Positions 23,313 through 32,541 of a stretch of 64,000 nucleotides of DNA are shown one piece after another. Within the stretch, counting starts at the first letter, position 1. The number at the start of each line of letters is the position of its first letter. The notes under the pieces are model-generated. The model searched no databases, was not told where the DNA came from, and worked only from the letters and a program-made list of their open reading frames with translations. Location: the NCBI GenBank assembly GCA_945787785.1, contig CALZIO010000007.1, forward strand, positions 14,946-78,945, read 5' to 3'. The position numbers were made by a program, and so were the translations under genes. The DNA is from an uncultured Chromatiaceae bacterium. GTDB lineage: Bacteria > Pseudomonadota > Gammaproteobacteria > Tenderiales > Tenderiaceae.

Positions 23313-24112
23313 TGGATTGGTTACAACTTACATGGGACACCCTGCTGGCCACCATTAAGGATGTGTTGCCTATTGTCGCCATAATCTTCGGTTTTCAACT
23401 CTTCGTTATTCGCCGTCCTGTTCCCAACCTTAGTAAGGTACTGGTGGGTTTTGTATGTGTGCTGGTTGGGCTGGCGCTGTTCCTGGTCGGTCTTGAAACG
23501 GCCCTGTTTCCCTTAGGAAAATTGATGGCTGAACAACTTACTGCCCCGGAATTTATCGCTGGCATTACTCAGCATGCTGCGGCTGGCCTGCATTGGACGG
23601 ATTATTACTGGGTCTATATTTTTGCCGCTGCTATTGGCTTTTCCACAGCCATAGCCGAGCCAGCCCTGATTGCTGTCGCTATGAAGGCCAGTGAGGTGTC
23701 GGGTGGCGCGATTGGTGTCTGGGGCCTGCGTATAGCAGTCGCTATGGGTGTGGCGGTCGGTATTGCGCTGGGAACCTTTCGCATAGTGACCGGCCTGCCA
23801 TTACATTATTTTATAATTGCCGGTTATGTAATCGTCATTATTCAAACAGCTATAGCACCACGTATGATCATCCCGCTTGCTTATGATTCAGGTGGCGTTA
23901 GTACATCGACGGTTACGGTACCACTAGTGGCAGCATTAGGTTTAGGGCTGGCCGGAACAGTGCCAGGTCGTAGCGTGTTGTTGGATGGTTTTGGCTTAAT
24001 TGCCTTTGCCTGTCTGTTCCCCATTATCTCTGTGATGGGTTATGCCCAGTTGAGTGAGTGGCGTGCCCAAAGAAAGCGGGAAATTTCTGCTAATGAAAAA
24101 GAGCCAGAATAG
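23312..24112 (+). CDS. DUF1538 family membrane protein (copy 2)
   Basis: Same motif set as copy 1; TGATG stop/start overlap. Confidence 0.88.
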   Translation: MDWLQLTWDTLLATIKDVLPIVAIIFGFQLFVIRRPVPNLSKVLVGFVCVLVGLALFLVGLETALFPLGKLMAEQLTAPEFIAGITQHAAAGLHWTDYYWVYIFAAAIGFSTAIAEPALIAVAMKASEVSGGAIGVWGLRIAVAMGVAVGIALGTFRIVTGLPLHYFIIAGYVIVIIQTAIAPRMIIPLAYDSGGVSTSTVTVPLVAALGLGLAGTVPGRSVLLDGFGLIAFACLFPIISVMGYAQLSEWRAQRKREISANEKEPE

Positions 24113-24144
24113 ATGTTTGCAAATATCCTCAGAGGAGGTTTGAT

Positions 24145-24495
24145 ATGCATTTTAAATTGATAATTGCCCTGGTTGAAGACGATAAGACCGATGACGTAAT
24201 GAAGGCGGCGCGTGAGGCAGGCGCGACCGGGGCGACTGTGATCAATCATGCTCGCGGAGAAGGCTTGAAACAGAGTAAAACCTTCTTTGGCCTTTCTCTC
24301 GAAACCCAACGCGACATGTTGCTGTTTTTGGTGGAAGAGCATATGAGTCGCAAGATACTTGAAAATATTGCCCAAGTAGGAGAATTCGAAAGCAAACCGG
24401 GTACGGGTATAGCTTTTCAAATAGACATTGAAGATGCGGTAGGGGTCACCCATCAGGTTCAACAATTAACCGAAGCGGTGGAGGACGAAATATGA
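24145..24495 (+). CDS. P-II-like regulator
   Basis: GATGAT...ARGEG and PGTGIAFQIDIEDAVG motifs; GGAGG RBS. Confidence 0.88.
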   Translation: MHFKLIIALVEDDKTDDVMKAAREAGATGATVINHARGEGLKQSKTFFGLSLETQRDMLLFLVEEHMSRKILENIAQVGEFESKPGTGIAFQIDIEDAVGVTHQVQQLTEAVEDEI

Positions 24496-24896
24496 GCGAT
24501 CGAAAAGTTGTTCGCGTCAGGGATGTGATGAAATCAAATTACGATATTGTTGACGGCATGGCCACCGTCAAAGAAGCCTTGCAGGCAATGAATCACATCG
24601 ATACCAAGGCACTAATTATAGATAAACGCCATGAAGATGATGAATACGGAATCGTATTATTGTCGGATATCGCACGTCATGTGTTGGCAAAAGACAAATC
24701 ACCTGAACGAGTCAATGTCTATGAAATAATGGCTAAACCCGTAGTATGTGTAGACCCACAAATGGACATTCGCTACTGCGCACGTATGTTTGATCGCTTT
24801 GGTCTTTCACGTGCTCCGGTGGTGGATAAAGGTAAGGTGGTTGGTATGGTCAGTTATACCGACATGGTATTAAAAGGCTTGTTCCCGAATCTCTAA
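24492..24896 (+). CDS. Stand-alone CBS-pair protein
   Basis: VRDVM, YGIV..SDI, VYEIM.KP and PVV....VVGMVS..D; ATGA overlap with the PII gene. Confidence 0.9.
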   Translation: MSDRKVVRVRDVMKSNYDIVDGMATVKEALQAMNHIDTKALIIDKRHEDDEYGIVLLSDIARHVLAKDKSPERVNVYEIMAKPVVCVDPQMDIRYCARMFDRFGLSRAPVVDKGKVVGMVSYTDMVLKGLFPNL

Positions 24897-25043
24897 GGAC
24901 ACTTTGATTAATTCGTCGTTCCGGGCGAAGCGTAGCGTAGACCCGGAATCCAGCGATTCTAATTCAATGCCTTAGTGGATTCCGGCCCTTGTGCCCTTTG
25001 GATCTGTGCCGGAATGACGAGAAACGAGTGAATCAGAGCGTCC
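24897..25043. mobile_element. MITE with imperfect terminal inverted repeats enclosing an inverted REP-like pair
   Basis: GGACACTTTGATT ... AATCAGAGCGTCC flanked by CTAA on both sides; inside CGTCGTTCCGG...CCGGAATCCA ... TGGATTCCGG...CCGGAATGACG. Confidence 0.7.
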
Positions 25044-25504
25044 CTAAATTGTTGCTGCTTCGAAATATGCGCTGCCGATAAGGCAGCGCTTCTTTACCGA
25101 CTAACTCTATGTTCGGACGAGTCGAATCACGCCGTGATCATTGAGATGGATAACCAGTAATTGGGTTCTGTGCCAAAGCGCAAGCTCTCCGGGATGGACT
25201 TGAAAGTGTTTTGCCAGGGCGGCAAGCCCAACTTTAAACGAGATTGCGCTGTATTTGTGGCGTCGGTGGCGAAAAGCATTGTGCCTAGCCCAAAGCTCTG
25301 ACCACACCACCAGGATTGTGACAACAAATAAGAACTAAACTGGTTAATTTAATCGCCATCGTTTCCATATCTAACTGGCTCGGTGCGTGCAGTTGTATAC
25401 CAGCAGCGTTGGCTATGGGGATGAGTGCGGGTGATAGAAAATACAACCAAAGTGCCCAAAACATTAACGTGATGCTGCCTTGGCATCTTCACTGAAGATG
25501 ATTA

Positions 25505-25536
25505 CATGAGGCGCTACCAGATGGCAGCGCCTCATG
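25505..25536. terminator. Stem-loop downstream of the lipoprotein gene
   Basis: CATGAGGCGCT-N10-AGCGCCTCATG. Confidence 0.55.
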
Positions 25537-25552
25537 AGTTATAAAGGCAGAG

Positions 25553-26980
25553 TTAGGATAAGTCTGAGTCTAGATCGTCGTCTGAATCATCATCATCGTC
25601 GAAATCGAAATCGTCATTATCATCTGACTCGGCACTGCTGCCATTGCAGCCCCTTTCAATTTCGATTTTGTTAGCGGTCATGCTGGTGGCATCTGTCATA
25701 GGTCCCTTGGCTTCAATTATTGCACCCACGGTCAGGCAGCTGGCGTTACCGTGTTCTATCCAACTGATGCCGCTATCAACCGTAATGGAATCGCCAGAGT
25801 TAATGTTGCTGACATGTTCGTGTTCCTGTACAGCAATAGTTAACTGATTGCCGTCAACAGAACTTATTTGCCCCTCGATCTCAGCATAGTCATCGAGATA
25901 ATTGCTTGAATCATTACCATTGCGCGAGGCGCCTTCAACTTCAATAACTGCGGCAGTAAAGGTGTTGCCATCCCAGTTCCCTTTAATTTCTACTTTCTGC
26001 CCCGCATCTAACAGGCTCAAACTGCCATGACTAAAAACGGCATTGCTGATATTGGCAACGTTAACTTCATTGGTGGGGGGCGCGAAGTTGGCTTCTTTAA
26101 CATCCAGGCTCATACTAGAACCATCCCAGTCGACAACAATCCCTTCGATCTCATGGCTAATCGAAATAATAGTGCTGTTATCAATTTGTACATCTGAAGC
26201 AGTAATGGTTAGAGTGTTGGCATCATAGTTGCCGGAGACGCTGACATTCATGCCGGCTTGTAGGCCAGTTGTGTCAACTGAAATCACACCAGTAGCGGTA
26301 TTGGTGACGGTTGCGTTGTTATGCAGGTCAACAGTCATATTGGCGCCACCATTGGCGGGAGTGACGACTAGCTGCGTGGCGCCATTGATCGCTTGAACAT
26401 CACCTTGTGTAGTAGTAACGGTCTGATTTAACAGATTAGGATCTTTTTGCACAATTACCGGTGTGACGGTATTGCTGGTCACATCATAAGTAAATTGCGC
26501 TAGATCAAAGTCTAATGCCAGTGTTGTCGCTTGACCGGCATCAACAGTTAGCGTGCCTGTAACGTTGGTTGTAAAAATAGGGTTGCCGCTGTTATCAAAG
26601 GTGGCATTGATGACATTGCCATTCAGGTCAACTAACTTGATGTCATTTACCATCACTATATCGAAAGAGCTATATGTTCCAGCTGCGATGGCCTGGGCAT
26701 CAACTAATGCGCCGACATTGACCAGTTGGCTAAGGTTGTGAGTTTGACCTGTAGTGTTTTCATATAAGGTAACTGTTTGACCATTATTGTCTGTCGCAGT
26801 GATCGACTGAATATTGATCCATACTTCTGAATAATCGAGTGTCAGGTTGTCAGTCACAAGTACTGATACAGTGCCTGCGCTCAATGATGAATCACTCAGC
26901 GGTGTGGTCGAGGTGCCACTGCCGCCACATGCAGCAAGGCTGGCAATTAAGGGAACAAGGGGTAAAAGTTTAACGTTCAT
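25553..26980 (-). CDS. Lipoprotein with DUF4382-like and repeated DUF5666-like domains and an acidic tail
   Basis: Lipobox LAAC-GG; G.VSV.VTD and LDFDL..; repeated EG.I.....L..G..VE.KG......A..IE.E units. Confidence 0.8.
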   Translation of the reverse strand: MNVKLLPLVPLIASLAACGGSGTSTTPLSDSSLSAGTVSVLVTDNLTLDYSEVWINIQSITATDNNGQTVTLYENTTGQTHNLSQLVNVGALVDAQAIAAGTYSSFDIVMVNDIKLVDLNGNVINATFDNSGNPIFTTNVTGTLTVDAGQATTLALDFDLAQFTYDVTSNTVTPVIVQKDPNLLNQTVTTTQGDVQAINGATQLVVTPANGGANMTVDLHNNATVTNTATGVISVDTTGLQAGMNVSVSGNYDANTLTITASDVQIDNSTIISISHEIEGIVVDWDGSSMSLDVKEANFAPPTNEVNVANISNAVFSHGSLSLLDAGQKVEIKGNWDGNTFTAAVIEVEGASRNGNDSSNYLDDYAEIEGQISSVDGNQLTIAVQEHEHVSNINSGDSITVDSGISWIEHGNASCLTVGAIIEAKGPMTDATSMTANKIEIERGCNGSSAESDDNDDFDFDDDDDSDDDLDSDLS

Positions 26981-27018
26981 AATGTCATCTCCTGATTAGT
27001 TTGCTTACGTTTATCTAA

Positions 27019-27044
27019 AACGTTTATTTGGCTCGGTTGGTTCC
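27019..27044 (-). promoter_or_regulatory. Putative ECF sigma promoter for the lipoprotein gene
   Basis: Minus strand GGAACC-N16-CGTT, about 40 nt before the ATG. Confidence 0.45.
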
Positions 27045-27152
27045 GCTATACTTAAAAAATAGTTTTTAGGTTTCGCAACCATGGTGGCTAAGATATCGGT
27101 GTTTGCTGAAATCAAACTTAAATCCAGGTGCTAGATGTTTTTGATGATGGGG

Positions 27153-27180
27153 CTTGAAATTTCGAGAACTGGCCTTATTT
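27153..27180 (+). promoter_or_regulatory. Putative sigma-32 promoter of clpB
   Basis: CTTGAAA-N13-CCTTATTT (consensus CTTGAAA-N13/14-CCCCATNT). Confidence 0.65.
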
Positions 27181-27217
27181 ATTGAACAGAACTTTTAATG
27201 CTTCAGAGGAATCAAGC

Positions 27218-29821
27218 ATGAGAATGGATAAACTAACCAGTAAATTTCAGATGGCCCTGGCCGATGCCCAGAGTTTGGCGGTTGGGCGTGATCACCAGTT
27301 TATAGAACCGTTGCATGTCATGTTGGCGATGCTGGATCAAGATGGTGGTACGGTACGTCAGTTACTGACCATGGCCGATGTTAACGTGCATAGTCTACGT
27401 TCACAGCTGGGCGATGCCCTTGATCATCTGGCCCGGGTTGAGGGTACGGCTGGTGATATTCGCATTAGTAATGACTTGGCCCGTATTCTTAATGTAACTG
27501 ACAAACTGGCACAGCAGAGAAAAGATGAATACATCTCCAGCGAACTGTTTGTGTTGGCATGCGTGACAGAGAAAAGTCAGATCGGTGACATATTGCGCAA
27601 GGCGGGTGCCAGTAAGGGTGGTATTGAAAAAGCTATTGATGATATTCGTGGTGGACAGAATGTTAATGATCCTAATGCAGAAGAACAGCGTCAAGCTTTG
27701 GAAAAATACACCATTGATCTAACCGAACGCGCTGAGCAAGGTAAACTTGACCCGGTCATTGGGCGTGATGATGAGATACGCCGCACCATACAGGTATTAC
27801 AACGTCGTACTAAAAACAATCCGGTTTTGATTGGCGAACCTGGTGTCGGTAAAACTGCGATTGTTGAAGGTCTGGCACAGCGAATAATTAACAGCGAAGT
27901 ACCGGAAGGCTTGAAAGGCAAGCGTGTGCTGTCACTCGACATGGGTGCCCTGATCGCTGGGGCAAAGTTTCGTGGCGAGTTTGAAGAGCGTCTCAAGGCT
28001 GTATTGAAAGACCTGAGCAAACAGGAAGGTCAGATTATTCTCTTCATCGATGAAATTCACACCATGGTCGGTGCCGGTAAAGCAGAGGGGTCAATGGATG
28101 CTGGCAATATGCTCAAGCCAGCCCTGGCTAGAGGTGAATTGCACTGTGTTGGCGCAACCACTTTAAATGAATATCGCGAATACGTTGAAAAAGACGCTGC
28201 ACTGGAGCGCCGTTTTCAGAAGGTGGTGGTGGAAGAGCCAAGCGTGGAAGATACAATCGCAATATTACGTGGCTTGAAGCAGCGCTATGAAGTGCATCAT
28301 GGTGTTGATATTACCGATCCGGCAATCATCGCTGCGGTAACGCTGTCACATCGATACATTACTGATAGGCAGTTACCAGACAAGGCAATCGATCTGGTTG
28401 ATGAGGCGGCGAGTCGTATACGTATGGAGATCGATTCCATGCCGGAAGATATGGATCGTCTTGACCGGCGTCTGATCCAGCTCAAAATGGAAAGAGAAGC
28501 GCTTAATAAAGAGACAGACGAGGCGTCGAAAAAGCGGCTTCATGCTTTGCAAGATGAGATCAGCAAACTGGAACGCGAATACTCCGACCTGGAAGAGGTA
28601 TGGAAATCAGAAAAGTCTGCCCTGATGGGTACCCAGCACATTAAGGAGGAATTGGAACGCGCTCGCAACGAACTGGAAACTGCGCGCCGTGCTGGTGACC
28701 TGGCGCGCATGTCTGAAATCCAATATGGCCGTATTCCCGATTTGGAAAAATCTCTGCAGATGGCAACCGACGCAGAATTGCATAAGCCCACGCTCTTGCG
28801 TAATCATGTCACCGAAGAGGAGATTGCTGAGGTGGTGTCCAAATGGACCGGCATTCCTGTAGCCAAAATGCTCGAAGGTGAGCGTGAAAAACTGTTACGC
28901 ATGGAAGATGAATTACAGAAACGAGTTGTGGGCCAGAGTGAAGCGGTGAAAGCAGTGTCGGATGCGATTCGTCGATCACGCGCGGGCCTGGCTGATCCCA
29001 ATCGTCCCAATGGCTCCTTCCTGTTTCTCGGGCCGACCGGGGTGGGTAAAACCGAGCTGACCAAAGCCCTGGCTGATTTTCTGTTTGATACTGAAGACGC
29101 CATGGTACGTATCGATATGTCCGAGTTTATGGAAAAACACTCGGTGGCACGATTGATTGGCGCGCCACCAGGTTATGTGGGTTATGAAGAAGGTGGTTAT
29201 CTCACTGAACATGTGCGGCGTAAACCCTATTCCGTCATCTTGATGGATGAGGTGGAAAAGGCTCACCCGGATGTGTTCAATATTTTGCTGCAAGTGCTGG
29301 ATGATGGCCGTCTCACTGATGGTCATGGCCGTACGGTTGATTTTCGCAATACCGTCATTGTCATGACTTCAAACTTGGGCTCCCATGTGATTCAGGAATT
29401 GGCAGGGGAAGAAAACTATGACCAGATGAAAAGTTCGGTTATGGAAATTGTCGGTCAACACTTCCGTCCCGAGTTCATCAATCGTGTTGATGATGTGGTG
29501 GTGTTTCATCCCTTGCAACAAGCGCAGATACGCCGCATCGCTGATATTCAGATTGATTACCTGCGCAAGCGTCTTGCTGATCGCGAGCTTGGTTTGGAAT
29601 TAACAGATGCCGCCCTGGACAAACTGGGTGAGGCGGGGTTCGATCCGGTCTATGGTGCTCGGCCGTTGAAACGGGCTATTCAGCATATGATTGAAAATCC
29701 GTTGGCGCAGGAAATTCTGGCGGGTAAGTATCCACCCGGGGCTATGATTAAAGTGGATGCGGAGGGGGATCAACTGGTGTTTCGATCTGAGACAGTACCC
29801 AATGAAGTCAGTGTTGCCTAG
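27218..29821 (+). CDS. clpB: ATP-dependent chaperone ClpB
   Basis: MRMDKLT start; two AAA+ modules ([16 protein letters not shown]); coiled-coil middle domain. Confidence 0.98.
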   Translation: MRMDKLTSKFQMALADAQSLAVGRDHQFIEPLHVMLAMLDQDGGTVRQLLTMADVNVHSLRSQLGDALDHLARVEGTAGDIRISNDLARILNVTDKLAQQRKDEYISSELFVLACVTEKSQIGDILRKAGASKGGIEKAIDDIRGGQNVNDPNAEEQRQALEKYTIDLTERAEQGKLDPVIGRDDEIRRTIQVLQRRTKNNPVLIGEPGVGKTAIVEGLAQRIINSEVPEGLKGKRVLSLDMGALIAGAKFRGEFEERLKAVLKDLSKQEGQIILFIDEIHTMVGAGKAEGSMDAGNMLKPALARGELHCVGATTLNEYREYVEKDAALERRFQKVVVEEPSVEDTIAILRGLKQRYEVHHGVDITDPAIIAAVTLSHRYITDRQLPDKAIDLVDEAASRIRMEIDSMPEDMDRLDRRLIQLKMEREALNKETDEASKKRLHALQDEISKLEREYSDLEEVWKSEKSALMGTQHIKEELERARNELETARRAGDLARMSEIQYGRIPDLEKSLQMATDAELHKPTLLRNHVTEEEIAEVVSKWTGIPVAKMLEGEREKLLRMEDELQKRVVGQSEAVKAVSDAIRRSRAGLADPNRPNGSFLFLGPTGVGKTELTKALADFLFDTEDAMVRIDMSEFMEKHSVARLIGAPPGYVGYEEGGYLTEHVRRKPYSVILMDEVEKAHPDVFNILLQVLDDGRLTDGHGRTVDFRNTVIVMTSNLGSHVIQELAGEENYDQMKSSVMEIVGQHFRPEFINRVDDVVVFHPLQQAQIRRIADIQIDYLRKRLADRELGLELTDAALDKLGEAGFDPVYGARPLKRAIQHMIENPLAQEILAGKYPPGAMIKVDAEGDQLVFRSETVPNEVSVA

Positions 29822-29841
29822 GTCCAGATGGTAGATTAAAC

Positions 29842-29867
29842 AAGCCCCGCATAGCGGGGCTTTTTTT
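29842..29867 (+). terminator. Rho-independent terminator
   Basis: AAGCCCCGC-ATA-GCGGGGCTTTTTTT. Confidence 0.85.
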
Positions 29868-30053
29868 ATCCTGGCTAAAATACATTTTTAGTCAGGATTT
29901 CAACTGTTTATTCTGAGTGTGTAGTTTTTCAAACGTTTGAAGATCTGGGTTGGCGTTAATTAAACAACCTGCCTGTCGATAATAAATATTGATCAATACT
30001 TATATATGAAGCCAAAAACTAAATAACAACAAGCAAGCAGTCTGGAGCAGCAA

Positions 30054-31727
30054 ATGAAAATCAGCCTGAAAATGAATCTACTGTTGGTCATTAACGTGAT
30101 CATGATGGCCGCAGTAGTGGGCTACGGATTGACCAAGATGCAAATCATAGGAACTGAGCTGGCCGAAATTGCGCATGAGGACATCCCGTTGGTGGAGTCA
30201 TTGACGACTATTACCGTCGACCAGTTGGAGCAGGATATCGCCATGGAGCGGGCATTGAGGGCCGGTGGTGTGATGTCACACAATCAAGATGGGTTGAAAC
30301 TCGTCAAAGAGATGCATCAACGCTTTGAACAGTTGAATGAAGAAATCAACGCCTCTCTGTTGGAAGGTGAAGAGCTAGCTGAACATGGCATAAGCATTGC
30401 CCATACCGCCGAGTCCAAACAGGAGTTTGAGCATGTGTTGCAGCAACTCAAAACAATCGAGGAAGAGCACAAGGATTACGAGCGCCACGTGATGGAAATA
30501 TTCAAGCTGATTGAATCTGGTCGTGCCGCAGAAGCTGAAGCAACAGCACTCAAGGCAGAGCACGAGGCCGAACAACTTGAGCATGAACTTGAAGCGCTAC
30601 TGAAGCAAGTAGAGAAGTTTACCGAGCAGTCAATGTTGACAGTCGAGGCAGAAGAACATGACGCAATGATCGGCATGATCATCATCGCCATTGCCAGCTT
30701 GCTGATCGGTGGCAGTCTGGGAGTCTGGATTACCCTGGGTATAAAAAAATCCATTGCCAATACCAATAACGTGATCGGAGATATAGCCCAAAACAAGGAT
30801 CTAAACTTGCGTGTAGATGAAGGAACAGATGAGATTGGAGAAATGGGGGCACATTTCAATAGCATGCTCTCCAGTATCCAGATGGTGGTGCATCAGGTGG
30901 CTGCCGCTTCTTCACAATTGGCCGCAGCTGCTGAGGAGTTGTCAGCCGTGACCAACCAATCACAGTCTGCCGTGCATAATCAGAAAATAGAAACCGAACA
31001 GGTTTCCACTGCAATGAACGAGATGACTGCCTCCATGCATGAGGTGGCGAAGAACGCCGCCAATGCCGCCCAGGCTGTGCTTGAAGCAGACAAGGAAGCG
31101 ACAGATAGTCAGCATGTAGTCGCTAGCACCATCAATTCCATCAATGCCCTGGCGCAGGAGGTTGAAAAGGTATCAGGTGTTATTGAAACCCTTGCATCTG
31201 ATAGTGAGAGTATTGGAACAGTATTGGATGTTATTAAGGATATTGCGGAACAGACTAATTTATTGGCACTGAATGCAGCTATCGAAGCTGCCCGGGCAGG
31301 TGAGCAGGGACGTGGATTTGCAGTGGTGGCCGATGAGGTGCGCACCCTGGCGCAACGTACCCAGCAGTCCACCAATGAAATTCAGAATACTATCGAGAAA
31401 CTGCAAGGCCGTGCCCAACAAGCGGTGCAGGTGATGGGGCAGGGTCGTAGCCAGGCAGAAAGCAGTGTCGAGCAGGCAAGCAGGGCCAACACTTCGCTTG
31501 CGTCGATTGTTCAATCTGTCGAGACAATTAGCGATATGACTACCCAGATTGCGAGTGCCTCTGAGGAACAATGTGCGGTGTCGGAAGAAATCAATCGCAG
31601 TATTGTATCCATTAATGAGGTCGCAGCTGACGTTAGCGACGGTTCTGCGCAAACGGATCAGGCCAGTCATGACATCGCCAAGCTGGCGGTTAATCTACAA
31701 AGCATGGTGTCACAGTTCAGGGCTTAG
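30054..31727 (+). CDS. Methyl-accepting chemotaxis protein (helical periplasmic sensor, HAMP, signalling domain)
   Basis: Two TM segments, DEIGEM...FN HAMP and [34 protein letters not shown]. Confidence 0.95.
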   Translation: MKISLKMNLLLVINVIMMAAVVGYGLTKMQIIGTELAEIAHEDIPLVESLTTITVDQLEQDIAMERALRAGGVMSHNQDGLKLVKEMHQRFEQLNEEINASLLEGEELAEHGISIAHTAESKQEFEHVLQQLKTIEEEHKDYERHVMEIFKLIESGRAAEAEATALKAEHEAEQLEHELEALLKQVEKFTEQSMLTVEAEEHDAMIGMIIIAIASLLIGGSLGVWITLGIKKSIANTNNVIGDIAQNKDLNLRVDEGTDEIGEMGAHFNSMLSSIQMVVHQVAAASSQLAAAAEELSAVTNQSQSAVHNQKIETEQVSTAMNEMTASMHEVAKNAANAAQAVLEADKEATDSQHVVASTINSINALAQEVEKVSGVIETLASDSESIGTVLDVIKDIAEQTNLLALNAAIEAARAGEQGRGFAVVADEVRTLAQRTQQSTNEIQNTIEKLQGRAQQAVQVMGQGRSQAESSVEQASRANTSLASIVQSVETISDMTTQIASASEEQCAVSEEINRSIVSINEVAADVSDGSAQTDQASHDIAKLAVNLQSMVSQFRA

Positions 31728-31748
31728 CCGCTTTGCTATTAGTGTCAG

Positions 31749-31780
31749 AAAAAGCCCCGCCACAAAGGCGGGGCTTTTTT
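31749..31780 (+). terminator. Rho-independent terminator, probably bidirectional
   Basis: AAAAAGCCCCGCC-ACAAA-GGCGGGGCTTTTTT. Confidence 0.85.
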
Positions 31781-31838
31781 ATGTTCCGAATGTTCCCGCG
31801 ATGAGCCGAGCCTGAGCCAGCACAGTGTGATGAGAGAG

Positions 31839-32366
31839 TTAGTTTATAGGTGACGCTGTTTTTTCAGTCAACAACAAAACACCATAGGCGGCAACGGTAC
31901 CGAGAAAGATTGATGCCAGGTCAATTGGATCGTAGCGGCCATTTTGGAAATAGTTAACGGCGTGACTCAGTATGGGTAATTCGACAATATAGGGCGGAAG
32001 GTTTGATGCAATGTGAGAGCTGATGGTGCCATGCTGACCTAGTTCAAACAAAATATCTATCATTAACCAGATGCCACAAATGAATAAGTATGACGAACGT
32101 CTGGCCGAAGTTAATGCGGCAGTTATCAAAATGAATGCAAATACGTGGCTAAACGTAGGCAGGTGATTTCCAATCGTGCCAAAAAGTGGCGCAATCCTGT
32201 CGAACAGGCTTATTGAATCAGAAATGAGATAGGTTTTGTTTGCTGGGCGGTCTATCAAATAAACCAGTGAGCCTAGACTCAACGCAAAAATTCCGAGTAC
32301 TAGCCTCAGGAATTGCCGTCCTTCATTAACATTGTATGCGTATTTGATGTTGTTTTTATGGCTCAT
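31839..32366 (-). CDS. Hypothetical membrane protein
   Basis: About four hydrophobic segments; LP.F.H, FELGQ and G.YD..DL motifs; family not assigned. Confidence 0.7.
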   Translation of the reverse strand: MSHKNNIKYAYNVNEGRQFLRLVLGIFALSLGSLVYLIDRPANKTYLISDSISLFDRIAPLFGTIGNHLPTFSHVFAFILITAALTSARRSSYLFICGIWLMIDILFELGQHGTISSHIASNLPPYIVELPILSHAVNYFQNGRYDPIDLASIFLGTVAAYGVLLLTEKTASPIN

Positions 32367-32541
32367 ATTTGCAACTACGTGCGTTTTATAAAATCATTGT
32401 AATTATTAAGCTGGACCAACAAAAATATCATGCTAAATTGATAAGTGTGGGCTGTTGATATTACAAATATAAATCAACCACTGGCTCTGCCCATTAATTT
32501 AAAAATTGAAAGCTGTGGTTGGCTGACAGGGAGTAAGGGAG

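Noticed and set aside
25107-25327. Two overlapping short minus-strand ORFs
   Set aside because: No RBS or family signal; could be a remnant but cannot be supported
25560-25630. TCATC/TCGTC-like repeats as a tandem array
   Set aside because: Only the Asp-rich low-complexity tail of the lipoprotein
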